Below the pieces are notes generated by a model that was not told the DNA's origin, did not search any database, and saw only the letters and a list, made by a program, of their open reading frames with translations. Positions 1 through 14,400 of a stretch of 64,000 nucleotides of DNA are shown here, one piece after another. Source of the stretch: Auanema rhodensis (Eukaryota > Animalia > Nematoda); assembly GCA_964057225.1 (NCBI GenBank), contig OZ059899.1:15066001-15130000 (forward strand), written 5' to 3'. The first letter of the stretch is position 1, and each line of letters begins with the position of its first letter. A program made the position numbers and the translations under genes.

Positions 1-136
1 TCATCATATACGTTATTTTCTCTCGCACACGGACATTTCGCAGTCTGTTCTGACATTGCAGTATCTCAGCGAAGGACGCTTATGTCTAATAGAGATAAGA
101 TACGAATAGTTAATAGTTATAATATTCGTGGCAGCT

Positions 137-3100
137 ATGTTAGCTGAGGATATAGGAAGTAATAGGAGAGATCTTCAGTTCGTACTCCCGGCTGTTTTAA
201 ACCTTCCCTCCCGGTTATTTGCAAAACCGCATTTGCGCCATCCATTTCTTCGTAGTTTTCGATCTAACACCTTTGATCATGCCATTTCCGAACGAATTCG
301 ATTGTCTTTGTCAAGTGGTGAAGATCTCAGTGGTGTATCAACGGAAGAATTAACGGAAATTATATGGCATTCGGAAGACATTGATGGCGTAGTAGATGAG
401 GAAGAGGAATGGGAAGAAATTCCTGATTCGTCAGATAGCAGTGATGTGAGCCGAGAATGTCTTCCACATCGTTGTGAAGTTGTACCTATGTCTGATGAAG
501 AGCTGGAATACTTGGAGCAAGCGCATTCGCGCAGCCGTCTGTTGTCTATATATAGGGAACCCAGTCTACGTTTCATCACCATTTCACCATTGACTTTTGT
601 GACACCTCATATTTCAGGTAAATTTGTATAAGTTTTGGTAAAGTTCCAGGTATACATGTTCATTGCTTACTTTGCGGTAACATTGGACAAAACGCGGGGG
701 AGATATCGAGGGGGATGTGTGCAATGCCAGTTGTATCAGCTGCTTTGTATGAGCCAGGAAGAATGGCTACCGCCGGACTAGATGTTGCTTTGTTCTAGAG
801 AGAGATTGAGTGTGGTAGAGAGATGTTTGAGAGGAATGTGCTTTCTGACATTTGAAGCAGCACTGTTTTAAAGTCTGTCCAGCTTATTATATATATATTA
901 TAGGAGAAAGTGGATATCAAAGCGAAAGCTCGCCTCCTGTAGCGGCTGTTTCTAGTAAGCCCAGATTCGGTTAGTTTCATTTTGCTTTCCATTTTTCTTC
1001 TCACTGTTTTATTTCCATATCTTTTCTCTCTCCTTCTCGCTTTCTTGATATATATGCTGCCTTCTTGAACCGCCTTCCGCCCGCCTTGCTAATTTTCTGT
1101 CCATGATCAGTTTCTATTATGTCAATTTTCTTCATACAACTAACATTTGAAAGTTAGCAGTTCCTATTTCGGCAAAGAGAAATTGAAATTTCTATTCCTT
1201 GCGCCATATTTACTAACTTTTACTATGTTTTTATGATTTTCGATTCTTCTTATATCCAAAACTTACCCCTTTTTTACGGAAAATATAATCTGCTCAAAGT
1301 TCTTAGCGACAAAATTAGCTGTTGTAATATGTTGCTGTCGGCGAAGTCTGATTCATGATCATTGAAATGACCAGGTACATTATTAAAATTCCCTTTAATT
1401 TAGTGATGTATTCATATTTCTTCTTCCTCTGATCTTCTATTTAGACGCTTTTATTCAACAATAGCTGAACCGTCTTTTCCTTTCACATTTTTCATAAGTT
1501 GTTATCTTCAATATTTGGATAGAACTTACTGTTGTTCTTTATGATCTGATAACAATAGTCAGGACATAAGTCATAACTTTAGATCTCACGCTATTAGGCT
1601 TGTGTTTTATATTTTTTGGATCAATGAGTATTGGCAGATCTTGTGCAGTGTTTGTTGTGTTATATCTATCCGTTTTTTGCGATGGCTTTAGCTTCTCGAA
1701 CACACCTATTTGCAATCGATGCGCACAGCTGTTGAAGTTATTTTCATTTTATTGGTTTTCAGTTATTTATCCAACTTCATATCCCTAATATCCTTAATTT
1801 TTGTTTGTTGCTTCTCTTTTCATGATGATTCTTCATGTTGCATTTGCTAATCGTATTTCATTGTACTAGTTGGCGGAACTGAGGAGTTGTTTCGATTTTT
1901 CACACCGATTCCGATTTTGTATACTTCTTCTGATTACGAGCTCTGGAATTTTATTATTGAGTGCATGTTTTGAGAATCGTGCATATGATTGATTCAGACA
2001 CTATTCGTTTTCAATAATGTGCATCCTCATGTTACTATCTGCCAGCCTCTATCATTTCCTCTCCCTCTCTGCTTTTCTCTGATTCTCTCCCTTTTCGAAT
2101 CATGACCTGTCCAGAAATAGCTCCGTCACTCTGAAATTTGGGCATTTTACTGCACTTGTACTGATCTTCGTTCTTTTCTCATATTTTAACATAATGCCAG
2201 ACCTCCAATTGTGCTCATGGAAATCTGATATCTTGTTTTACAGGCTCATCAGTTAGCATTCCAAGCGGCTCAAAGTTGACTGATCTCTCTGAAGCTACTC
2301 AAGGTATTCATATATCTGATAGTGTTATATAATTTTTTTGAATTCAGCAGTTGACAGTGCTCGTTCATCGGTGTCTTCTTCTAAGCCACCGACACCTCCC
2401 CCTACGTCACCTTTGAATACGTCTGGCCATTTTGAAGTTTCAAAAATGGATGTGGTAGGGTATTTATGATGAAATATTGAAGTAATTTGTTCATTTTTTA
2501 GCTTAGTGAGGAAATCTGGCACTATCACAATTCTGTAACTCAGACAGACGCTATGTTGAATCAAAAATTGCATTTAAGAGATTTGCTGTATTATTCTATT
2601 TGCCCTGTGTTTCCAAGTAAGTAGAGTGAAAACTGACGTCAATTTCAACGTTTGACTTTCTTAGTGTGTGGACTGTACGTAGTTGGGTCTTCATTGAACG
2701 GGTTCGGCAACAACTCTTCCGATATGGATCTCTGTCTAATGATCACAAATAAAGATGTACGTTTTTGCCTCAGCATTTTTAAATAAATTCATATTTTCAG
2801 CTCGACCAGAAGACTGATGCTGTTGTTGTTCTTAATATGATTCTCAACGCTCTGTCTCCCCTAGAGTGGGTTGCTTCTCAGAAGCTGATCTTAGCAAAGG
2901 TATCAACAACGAACTAGTGGCATGATATCATACTCGATTTTAGGTCCCTATTTTGCGTATCAAGTTTAATGCTCCTTTTTCTGATATCACTGTTGATTTG
3001 AATGCAAATAATTCGGTAGCTATTAAGAATACACATCTGTTATGCTATTACTCTTCATGTACGTTTATATCATTTTTAGTTTGTTCATTCATGTTTTGCT

Positions 3101-4296
3101 TACAGTTGATTGGAGGGTTCGACCACTCGTATCTGTAGTGAAAGAGTGGGCCAAACGTAAAGGCATTAATGATGCTAACCGTAGTTCATTCACAAGTTAT
3201 TCTTTAGTTCTTATGGTCATACACTATTTGCAATGTAGGTTTTGTACTTTTGGACTTTGTTTTATGATTTCTCTTTTAGGTGGTGCTGATCCCCCTGTTT
3301 TGCCTTCTCTCCAGCAAATGTATCCCAAGCTCTTCTCATCGAAGTGTGATGTTCGAACCCTGAATGTCACCCAAGCTTTGCCTACACCAGCTGATGAGTG
3401 GGAGTATAGTGATAAGGCTACGTTAGGTGAACTTTTAATAGGATTCTTGGATTATTATGCTAACAAGTTTAAGTAAGTTGAACCATAATTATAGGCATAT
3501 ATACTCTTTTTTTAGTTATGATAGGGATGCTATATCAGTTCGTCAAGGCAAACGTGTAGATAGAGCTTCTCTAGCTCGAAATCGACCAGTGGGCACAACT
3601 AATGCTGGATCGTGGAGATCACAATGGCGGTGTATTTGCATAGAGGTTTGATATATTTTGTGCAATCTGAATATACAATTGTTTTGTTCAGGAGCCTTTC
3701 ACGTTATCTAATACTGCTCATTCAATTTATGATGAAATGGTATTTGGAGCTATTAAAAATGCATTCCGAGAAGCTCATCTCGAGTTAGAACAGAGTAGAG
3801 ATTTACAAACTTTGTTAAGTTGTAAATCTATTACTGTTAATGCACCAATGGGAGGGTTAGTTAACTAAACATCAATATTATTTCTTAATATTGTACTTTT
3901 AGTGCTGTAGTGTACTCGACATCATATGATGGTACAAGGACAATACTTTCCGAATCATCTCCTTCCCCACCTACTTCACAGCCTAATATGAGCTTAATGC
4001 CTAGTGGTTCTGCCAATAGTTTGAATACAGCACAATCTGGAAGTTCTGCTAGTAGTAGTAATGGAGATGAACCTGACGAACATCCCAGCAATGATAGGTA
4101 CGCATTATCTTGATGATTCATTCTCGTTGAATTGATAATTAAGGATGTGGTCTAACTGAGCTCTTTCAGACTACCTACCCTGAGTTCAGGAATAATAATC
4201 CGTCGTTCCGGAGACCGCCGAACCTCTGGACGACGGAGGCAGCCTCGGAAATCTGCTGAAGTCTCTACGGCACAATTGGCGGCTTGTCGTACTTAG
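137..4296 (+). CDS. gld-2: GLD-2 cytoplasmic poly(A) polymerase (multi-exon; 5' end uncertain)
   Basis: Spliced exons encode LSEEIWHYHNSVTQTDAMLNQKLHLRDLLY, GLYVVGSSLNGFGNNSSDMDLCLMITNKD (catalytic GS/DxD), VPILRIKF..DITVDLNANNSVAIKNTHLL and DWRVRPLVSVVKEWAKRKGINDANRSSFTSYSLVLMVIH, nearly identical to C. elegans GLD-2 as recalled. The last exon ends ..AACRT with TAG at 4294-4296. The exon at 137-616 is a tentative upstream exon. Confidence 0.93.
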
Positions 4297-5126
4297 ATTT
4301 TTGGATCTCATTTTCTGAGAGCGCTGACTACTGTATATTTCTTATTCGGCTTTCTCTATTTTTCTGTTAATTTAGTTAGTGTTTGTACAAAAATTGTTAA
4401 ATAATCGGCAACAGTGGGTAATTCGTACCCTTCTTAGCAATCTGTTTCATATTTATTTTTAAGTTTCCTTTTTATCTAAGTGCGTTCCCCTGTTGCCAAC
4501 AAAAAAAGTTATATAATTTACAGAAAATTTACATTATATTATCACAAATCGTACGGTGCGTTGTTGATTGTTTATGTACGGATAGCGGTATTAGGCACTT
4601 GCCTGCGAAACCATTTGCTCACTTAAAGGGCTCTTCAGTCCTTTCACTTTTATACGTTTTATTTAGATTACTAAAACCCAGAAAGACATTGTATGCTCTT
4701 AGGCTGAAGTGAGAGTATAAATGTGGGTTGCAGCATTATGTGCCTAAGCTCTTCCTCAAGTTTTATCGCTCATCTTTCCATAATTCTATCTTTCCTCTTT
4801 CTTTCAACTGTAGTTCTATTGTGTAGTGTGATGGCCTATTATTGATGTTGCTCCATGGTTTTAATCTTATAGACGCTCTGTGTCTTTCCTTTTTGCAGGT
4901 CTTCCTTGTCTTGTTACTCAAAATACCGATTATTCTGCTAAATTTCTAGTTGTCTGCTCATGCTACATCAGCTTTTACTGATCATTTGTAACTATTTCTG
5001 ACCAGATTTGATTAGTAGCCCAAGCAATCGATTGGAGATATAGTATGTAATCGCTTTCCGGTTCACATTCTTCGGGATCTAATCGTGATGGAGGCGCGTT
5101 TCTTTAGTTTTGTTTGTAGTTGTAAT

Positions 5127-5660
5127 TATTAGGCGTGTGCAAAAGTTCGCCCCCCCCAAACCTAAATAAAATGATTTTCCCACGGTTATTCGGTGTTTTT
5201 TTTAATCAAAAAGGAATTCTAAGTATGTTATGAATAATAGCTTGATCAGAAATATTAGAGCGGAGAATTAGGTTTGTAATTGTGTGAAATTACCAGTTCG
5301 AATCAAGTTCTTCAATCAAGTTTTGTAAACAGTTCATTGTGAGTTCGTGCTTGTAGTTAGTATATACTTCCGCTTCTTGCAAGATTTGTATTTTTGAAGG
5401 TTGTAAGAAAATCATGTCAGATTCGGCGAAACATGTTGTACCTGTAGGTCATCAGATTTCGCTGTTATTCATGGACTAACTGGAAACAAGCAGTTCAAAG
5501 AGATGCCAGAAATTTTTCTTCAAGTTTTGGAAAATGTCTGTCACTCTAGCTGTTGGTGAAGATATTTTGTAAAAGAAAACTTCAATCTTACATTCCTCCA
5601 ACTTCAAACAGCCATCTATCACAAACCGTTTTTATGTCAGGAAGTATGAAGTGGAAATCA
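5127..5660 (+). mobile_element. Possible decayed mariner-type remnant (one TIR-like end)
   Basis: TA followed by TTAGGCGTGTGCAAAAGTTCGCCCC resembles a mariner terminus. Downstream sequence is broken in all frames, and no partner TIR was seen. Confidence 0.3.
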
Positions 5661-6749
5661 GTGTAAATGATGGAGAAAAACGAAAGAATTTTGCGTGAAA
5701 ACACTTTTTTTGGATACATCTTCAAATGAAAATATTTTGATTTTTGAAGAATTGATGCTTAATCTTTCTTTTTTTTTCCCAACACATTTTTTTATACCTT
5801 TTTTTTCTGGTGTGAGAGAGAGGAAAAGATAGAGAGTGAAAGAGTGAGTGGGAAATATTGAGAGAGAGAGGGACAGAGATCGATTTAGATAAAAAGAAAA
5901 AACTAGAGATAGAAAGAAAAAGGGAGATGGAATTGTCTCCTTCACAATTATTTTTTTGATGCTATCAAGCTTGTATTTCAGTTTGTTAGGGTCCATTTCT
6001 CTCTTTCTCTCTATCTTGTTGGATATATCTCTGACTTTCTCTTCATATCGTTCATTCATTTTGCTACCGTTGAGCAAAAGTTCAGTTGTGTTGTGTAACT
6101 TTTTCCAATATTTAATTTTTTGATTAATATAGAAGATAAATGTTAATGATTTCCAATTGATATTCTGAACTATGAACAGAGAATGAATGAATTAATTATC
6201 AATTAATGCTTAATGTGAAGCTGATTGCCATGGAAGCCATAAAACATGAGGTCTGTGTGCCGTCTCTACTATGTAACTCTATTCAAGCAAGGGCCTAAAT
6301 GGATGTGTGAAAAAGTGGCTGCGTATTGAATGATGATACTCTTAGCAAAAAAAAAATTCTGCATATCATTGCTCTCGACTATTTCTATTTAACTCGCTCT
6401 CTCTCTCTCTCTCTCTCGCTTAGTATCTCTGTATCTCTACGTCTCTCTCCCTCTCCCACTCTCTGCATCTCTATTTTTATAAAAAAAGAGTTGATATCTC
6501 TATGAGTTATTGGATTCTTGCCTCTCGGCATGACTACATCAATGTCTGGCAAACAGGACGGTCATAATGATGTCTTGAGCTGTCTGTTCTCAGCACAAAA
6601 ACGTCAGAAATCCATATCTGTATAAGCAGACGACAGTTAATGTTGCTTCTTCGTTGATAGCTCTTCTTATCATCTTGGTATATTAACCCAATCTTTTGTA
6701 AATCATAAATTTTCTGGAAGAAAGACAGAGGGAAAATTGAAAGAGAGAT

Positions 6750-6751
<2 letters not shown>

Positions 6752-6830
<79 letters not shown>
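6752..6830. repeat. (GA)n microsatellite
   Basis: Near-pure GA dinucleotide run. One of many (also ~7905-7962, 17409-17466, 21499-21580, 56980-57070, 63439-63476). Confidence 0.95.
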
Positions 6831-6831
<1 letters not shown>

Positions 6832-7904
6832 TTGCACATCATGGCTGTTAGGAATATTATCGGGCACGTGTCTGCTGGACTCTTTGTTGCAAATAAAGCT
6901 GCAGTTTCCTACGATACATAGACATACCCTTGCATACTTCTTGATCCCAGATAAAGGGGAAAGAAGAGAGAAGAATAGAAAGAAACAAAGTAGAGAAGGG
7001 GAAGAGGAATACAGGGAAAATGGACATAGAGAAGGAACATAGCAGTGACTGGAAAAGCGGAAGCATTTCACTGTTTTGTCGTGTTTATCTGTTAATGTCC
7101 AAAATAATAATTGTCTTACTGTATAAAGAAAAGAAGCAAACAGCTTCCATATCTACCATTAAGGGGTGGACTTACGAAGTAAATAAGGGGACCGGGAAAT
7201 TCACGAGAAGTGAGAGAAAGTAAATGATATTATGTGATAGAGAGAATAGCTATCAGACAGAACAGACGATACCCACGATTTAGGGGGTCAGTTCGCAGTT
7301 CCGTAGAACTTGTTAGCTTTTCAGACGACGTGACAGCTTCTGAAACTTCTGGAATCCTGTTATCACAATCATTTGTTAATGTGTTCCATTACACGTATAT
7401 GAAATTGGAATAGAAAACAATATATATTTATCTATATATATGAACTAGATGGGGTAAAAGAAATAATTTAATTAAAATAAATAATTCTTCATATATACAA
7501 ATGAAATCAATAATCCTGGCCTTGATCTCCTGTACTATTTCCTTTTTCAAAATTATTGCCTCGTTTACCTTTTCTGCATCTCTCTCTCTCAAAATGGCAG
7601 ATAACAAGATAGTGATACGCTTACTTTCGTTACTACAAAAAAAAAGTCAAAACAGGATGGCAATGACCTCAAGAAGTTGCTATAAGGATAACGGTATGCT
7701 AACAGAAAAAATAGTAATGAAGTACTTGAGAAGAGGCTTTGAACGGTTTATAGCTGTTATGTGAACAAGGGCTATAATATTGTCGGAACAGAGAGAGAAT
7801 CCCTATTGGGAGATATTGGTCATCCAGCAGTTCTTGGTGATAGAACTGTGAGTTTGCGCATAAGTAAACAACACCTGGAGCTTGAGTAAAAGGATAGGAT
7901 ATTC

Positions 7905-7968
<64 letters not shown>

Positions 7969-9462
7969 TAAATAGTTAAGAGTGAGAGAGGAAATAGAGA
8001 TGAAAAAAGGCTTGTTTAAGCAAACCGTCTGTTCACGCAACACAGTATTTAGAACGCCATCTCATCTAACTTATAGTATGTAATAATATTGACTTTTCAA
8101 TATAATATATCCATATCTATATATATATACATATATAGATATTTATAAAGAAATTTAGAATATTGCGCGTCATTTGTCATATTTCCTATATAGTGCATGA
8201 TTATGTTTAAAACATTATATTCATCGATGTGTATGTATAAACAGATAAACATACAAAACGTATGAAGAATGATGAGCTGAAAAGTTTTGAATCAAATGCA
8301 ACCGGTTTATACATCTTCAATATACGCAAATGAATGACGCATACAATTATGACGCTACGGGAATATGATTAACATAGCACGTGGTTGCTTAATTCACGTG
8401 TTCACGTCACGTATGTAAGTCACGCAAAGTCATTCAGCTCATATGCAATTGCGATATACTTCTTCAATGAATCATCAGTATCGCCATGTTCGCTAATCAA
8501 CAAGCCAACCAAAAAAAAAGTTTTTTTTCGTCCAAAATCTTTATAGATATGATTTACCTGCCATTCCATGTTGCTGCACTCGCTAAGGAAAAACAGAAAG
8601 ATGATGAGAAAAGCAAAAAAAAACAAGAGAAAGAGAGAAGAGGGGGGTTAGTGGTTGTATAAGAAATATACGTATTTTCGATGTGCTTTTAAGTTTTTTA
8701 GGAATGTCCCATGGGCACGAGAATGATCATGAATCAATATGATCAGCAGGTTTGGCTAATGCTTAGGACATGTAAACTTTCCTTCGTTTTTTATCTATCG
8801 AGGACATGTGACTTGGCATGAACGAACAAAAAAACCATTAAGAAATATTCGTGCAATATGAATTAAAGACAAAGAAAATTGAAAAAAAAAGCTGCTATTC
8901 TGATTGTAGGGATAGGAGGCAGTTGGCAGTATAATAGCAGTAACAATGAATTTGTGAGATTCATTTGAAAAAAGTTCAACGAGGTAACAGAAGATGTGTA
9001 GTTTTTTATTTTTTGTTTGAATCAGGTCAAACATTCAATATTCCATCTGGTCATAGATGGTCCATGTTGCAGTGTTCTTCAGTTTATTCATTGTTAACAA
9101 TTTTCTGGCAAAACTAACGGGCCGGGGGGGTGAATTGTAAATATATATATTTTTTTTTGGGAAAATCTTCTTTTCATTGTCAAAATTGGAAACGTCGTCT
9201 ATACCAGCCAATCTTTGGTTGTGCTAAAAATTGATTTTCTTTAAAAAATTAATAAGCCTTTTACGACTTATTTGTCTGAATAAATATAACATAATACATG
9301 TGTAGATAGTTAGACGACCCAAAGATTTCATCAGTTATTTGAATTTAAAGATTTACTAGACCTCCTATGCATTATGCTTGTGATTTCAAATCTGGATATA
9401 TATGTATATAACAAAGCTTTATCTTTATAAAAAGTTTTATGATGAATCATAAACTAAATTTC

Positions 9463-9493
<31 letters not shown>

Positions 9494-9793
9494 AGCTTTA
9501 ACTATATAATATAATGTATTGAAAAACGAACTGTATGTATTATTATATTTTATTTGATTTGGAAAAAAAAATATTTATTGACCATAAATTCAAGCTTTCA
9601 AGTAGTTAAGAGCAAAGGAAAAACCATCATGATTCGATATGAAATGATATGTTTGAAATTAAATTCAAAATTCAGGATTCCCACAGAAGCTTTCACGTCG
9701 GCATCTTCGTATCATCTAAACGTTAACTTTCAACAAACAATGTTTTTTCTGTATTATATGTAATTAAGTGTTGAAAGAGAGAAATATAGATAA

Positions 9794-9823
9794 AGAGAGA
9801 GAGAGAGAGAGAAAGATATAGAG

Positions 9824-9896
<73 letters not shown>
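9794..9896. repeat. (GA)n microsatellite (interrupted)
   Basis: Long GA run seen directly in the sequence. Confidence 0.95.
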
Positions 9897-9898
<2 letters not shown>

Positions 9899-10875
9899 GA
9901 GGCAAAAACATTGCTCGTATTCATCACATGTGAATATCATAGACTCATCTTCTTCATCTTCTTCATCTTCTTCATCAACTTTTTCTATTTATAACCAACA
10001 GCTGTCCTTATTTCTCTTTTTCACTTGTTGTACATTAGCTGTTATTTTCTTTTTTCTTTTTCTCTCTAACCCTCTTTAACTTCTCTCTTTATTTCTCTCC
10101 GACTTCTTTTTCTCTATCTTTTCTATATAATAAGCATATTTCTCTGTATTCTCCTTCAATTTAATATTAGAGGACCACATCTTTCTTTCTCTTCTCGGAA
10201 AATGTCTCAAAAATAGTTCGACTTCTGTTGGACAGCTGCTGAAAATTCTGGAGCATCGGCTTCTCCTTTACACGTATACATACTAAACTATACGAATGCC
10301 ATTCATCTTGTTCGATATACAATATACCAAAGAACTTCCGAACTATAAAGAGTTACAGAGAATGTGAAAAGATACACAACGGCGGAAAAAGCGAAGAAGA
10401 GAAAGATTCCGTTCCAATAAACGGACAAAGAAAAACAAAGTAAGAAAGTGATATCTTCCCTCTGTTTTTTTTAACATAAAACCTAAAAAAAGTACCAAAC
10501 AATGTCCAATAGTCTAATACAATTCGAAATATTTATTGGCAAAAAAACATACAAAACTAGTTAACTATAGATTTGTTAACAAAATCTTTTTGAGTATAAT
10601 ACGTCTGTGTGTGTGTGTCTGTGTGTGTGTGCATGTTTGGGCATAATTCGTTAAACTTTTCTTTAATTTTCATCTTTGATGATGATACAAGTAAGAAATA
10701 TCTATCTGATTTTCTCTGGAAATAGTTTCGAAAAACTTCTAATGCGTACGGACTCACCTCTTCGTCGTTGATGTCATCCTCCAGTTTTTGGGCACGAAAG
10801 CTTCGGTAAATAAATGAAAGTTAGGTTGTTGTGTGCGATAAGAAACCGGAAATTTAGGGACAGTTGTAGTCTCTG

Positions 10876-10949
10876 AACCAATCTACATACTTCTTTACAT
10901 TCCATAATCCCTTTCGATATGGGATTGCTCAGAAGCATGTGGTTTGGCC
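10876..10949 (-). ncRNA. mir-1: microRNA mir-1 precursor
   Basis: Reverse complement of 10884-10904 is UGGAAUGUAAAGAAGUAUGUA, the conserved mature miR-1. It pairs with a 5p arm CAUGCUUCUGAGCAAUCCCAUA (10918-10939) across a short loop, and the stem extends at the base. Confidence 0.97.
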
Positions 10950-11456
10950 AGAATATGTGGGTAGGATGGGGATAACATTGGTATGGAATGGCAGATATTC
11001 GAAGAATCTTCTTCGAAAATCAGTGGAAGAGTATGGTTTTCTGGAAATTGCTTTGTTGGGGAAGTAGAATGGAATGATGCAGAGATATCTGTGGATCAGT
11101 TTAGTGACTGAGCTATTGGGACTATTCAAATAAGGCGGAGAGGGAGGGGTGAATGGTAAAGGGGAGGAGCTTATTTATCGGCTAACGGTCAGAAGAAAGC
11201 CAGAAAGACGAGGAAGGAATGCAAACTCAAAGGTAGAAGACGGAGGCAACTCGAGAAGAAGAGAGAATAGAGAAAAAGATATAAATACACAGAAACATTG
11301 AGAAGAAATGAGAGAGGAGAAAGAAAAAGAGTGGGTGTAGTAAGAGGATATTTCAACTAGGCCCTTGTGCACTTCGTTGTTCGAATATTGATCGATTAGA
11401 GTTAGAACTTCTATCTCTCTTTCAAACAGATTTTAGTTAAGCACACGGTGCGACTT

Positions 11457-11466
11457 CTAAAAATAG
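11457..11466. promoter_or_regulatory. Consensus MEF2 site upstream of mir-1
   Basis: CTAAAAATAG matches CTA(A/T)4TAG and lies ~510 bp 5' of the minus-strand hairpin. MyoD/HLH-1-type CAGCTG boxes occur at ~9999, ~10233 and ~12362. Confidence 0.5.
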
Positions 11467-14400
11467 GAATAATCACTATACAAAGTAAGGGAATAGTGGA
11501 TGTAAAGAGAGAGAGAAAGAAAGAGAGAGAGAGAGGGGGGGGGAGGAAGCATCACATACAGCAAGAGATTGCTAGACGGCACCAAGATGTGTATGAGGAA
11601 CAGCAGGAGGAGGGACGTGCAAGTAGTAATGTTGTAATCATCGATAGACTGATTGACTAACTGACTAGGTAGTAATACTGAACTATTGATATGACTCCTG
11701 CTGTTAGTGATGCTGCTGCAGTTGCTGGGTGGCTGCTGCTGCTACTACTGCTGTTGCTGTTGCTGATGCTTGTTGTTTATTGGTAGAAGATAGTCTTAAT
11801 AGTCTTGATGGCTGTGATGTTATTGAGTAGATAGATAGTCAATAACCATTGTGGTCATTTCAAAAAGTAGGCTGGACAAATGGGATGTGATCTAGAGCAA
11901 AATACGGGATTGATCTACGCTGTTTTTGGGATGAATGATTTGAATTAAAAGTATTGTAATGGTCCTACAGGACATATTTTGATTGTGAATTCAGAAATTA
12001 AAAAGATTGAAATCATCTGGATGTAATAGAGATTTCACAATCCTTCTCGACTCTTCATATTCTGATTCTCTGTTCCTCCAGATAATAGCTGGAACTTCTT
12101 TCGTTTTCACATCACTCTCCCTCTCTCTGCCTCATCTCTCTCTCTCTCACTCTCTCCCTCTCTCTGTTGGTATGGCTTCACACGAAGTTTGCACTTGCGC
12201 AATACATAGCAGAGGAAGAAATGGTAAGATCCAGAAAATGGTGGAATCTAACAGAGAGAGAGAGAGAGAGATGAGAGACGAAGGGAATGTGAGTATAAAA
12301 GGGGAGGAGTAGATAGTCAAAGCTTAGTGACAGGGTGAGGATCATAGAAACAGAAATTGGGCAGCTGTTGTACAATAGAGATGAACAGTGTGAAGGAATT
12401 GAGAGAAAGGAGAAGCCATCCTTATCCCTAGTTTCTTCTACTTTCTTCCGTCTATCCTCTTTTCATCTAATTCATTTGGCGTTTTCACAAACTCACGATA
12501 TCTCTCATTCCAACGGAGAGTACCCTGAGGAGGACTAATTCGACAGAAAGCTCAAAAAGACTTTACTCTTTTCTTCTCAGAAAGGAAAAGAAAAGAGTAA
12601 AAAGTGATGGAAAAGAGAAAATAATATGAACGATTTGTGTTTTTGGACGTTTTTGTGAGTCAGAGAATGGCGCGTTCGTTTCTGAAAAAAGTTGTCGACC
12701 ATCTGGATCGAATTTACCGGTTAAGAGAAAATTCTTTCGTTTTGTGACCGGAAGGACATCAACCTTCAACCGATTGCTTTGACTTATTTTTCTATCACCT
12801 CCTCGCTCTCATCATACACAAAGGAAGAATGGAAGTGAAGTAAAGAAGAGAGAGAGAGGGAGAGAAAGAGAGAACTTCAGGTCTAGACATTTGCTCCGTC
12901 AATGTAACACTGGAAAGAGTTGTCCTTTTCCTTCTTCACGTTCAGAGATGGAACACAGTAAAGTGAAAAAGGGAAAAGGAGGAACGGAGGGCATACTCAC
13001 GACAAGTAGCTGACTTCTGTGTGTTAACCTTCTCCTCTCCCCATCAGGGGGAAAACTAGTCGAGAAGTGAACAATCCGAAGAACGACAAACAGAAACAAA
13101 CGTCCTATAGTTGAAGACTTTTGTTGGTTTTTGATCTGATTCCTTTACAAATGGCAAGCTTGAATGTGGATAGTTCAAGAGCTGTCTCATGTAATCCAGC
13201 AATCATCTCTTAGTAGCTTAAAGAATTAAAACAAAATGGTATTACTTTCGGAGAAGGGGGCGGCAAGGAAAGAACATGTGAGAAAATAGATAAAACTCAA
13301 ACATGAGAAGAACGAACTATCTCTGGAAATGCCTTACCTGAAGGGTGAAAGTAAACTGATCACGCAGATACTCAGTGAGAAATATGCGAGAAAGACACTG
13401 TGAAAGATAGGAAAACAGCTTCAGAGTCATAGATAAGAGGTGGACATGGATTGTGAGATTAAAGGAAAGGAGGATATGAGAGCACGAAGAGACGGGATAT
13501 CTGAGTAGATTATAAGGGGAAGGAGGGCCTGGCAGAGTAGATCGACTAGAGGACCTGAAGCTGCCGGCTACCACATCGCAAGTCGGGCAAGACTGTGCTG
13601 AGGTTTAAGTGGCGAGAGGGCGTGGCTAAATGGAGCAGAAGAGGGAGGGGGTGGGGAATACGAAGGGCTAGAAGAAGGTGGAGGAGAGTTAGAGAGGATC
13701 AGTACAGTGAAGGCGGTGACAACGAGAAAGAGTGAGAGAATGCATAGATGAAACAGAGAGAAAGAGAGAGGGAGAGAGAAAGAGAAGAGAAGAAGTGTAG
13801 TGCTCAGTCACTTGATAGTTTCACTACCTTATGTTTCTCTCTCTCTCTCTCTCTCTCTCTCCTTCACTATCCGATCTGTAAAGAGAAGAAGAATAGGAAG
13901 ATGAAGGGAGAGACGTAAAGAGAAGGAATAGTTTGAACGGTGTGAAGCATATAAGGAATTATTATACTTTCTTCTGGTTACATCTCTTCCAAAGTTTGCT
14001 TAACAACGACCAAATAGCGTTCGTTGTAGCAACGTGCATGAAAGAGCTAAGCAACAAAGCTTCAACATCTATGTAATCCCTTCAACTTTTTCTTTTTTTC
14101 ACCAAATACCTACTCGTAGACTATTAGCTTTTCACGATTTTTCACTCCGTAAGATATGAAAGTGAAATTCGTACCTCCAGTAGATTACACAAAAACGATG
14201 AAAACAACGACCTTTTACCTTTTGGCTTCTTTCATCTGCGAGCTGAACGACGTAACAGATTGGAGCAATCAAATGGAACTTTTGATTGTAATAACTCCTC
14301 TGCCATTTCCTTTCTTCTTGTCTATGTCTCTCTCTTCCTTTCTACCTCTATCTCCCTCTCTCTCTACCTTTAGCTCACTTCTTATCCTCATTATACGTTT

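Noticed and set aside
4698-4748. Inverted CTTAGGC..GCCTAAG pair downstream of gld-2
   Set aside because: Only 7 bp of complementarity; not enough to call an RNA gene or a DNA-elimination motif.
7180-10200. Search for a clustered mir-133/mir-245 downstream of mir-1
   Set aside because: No GGGGACCAA match was seen; only partial look-alikes.
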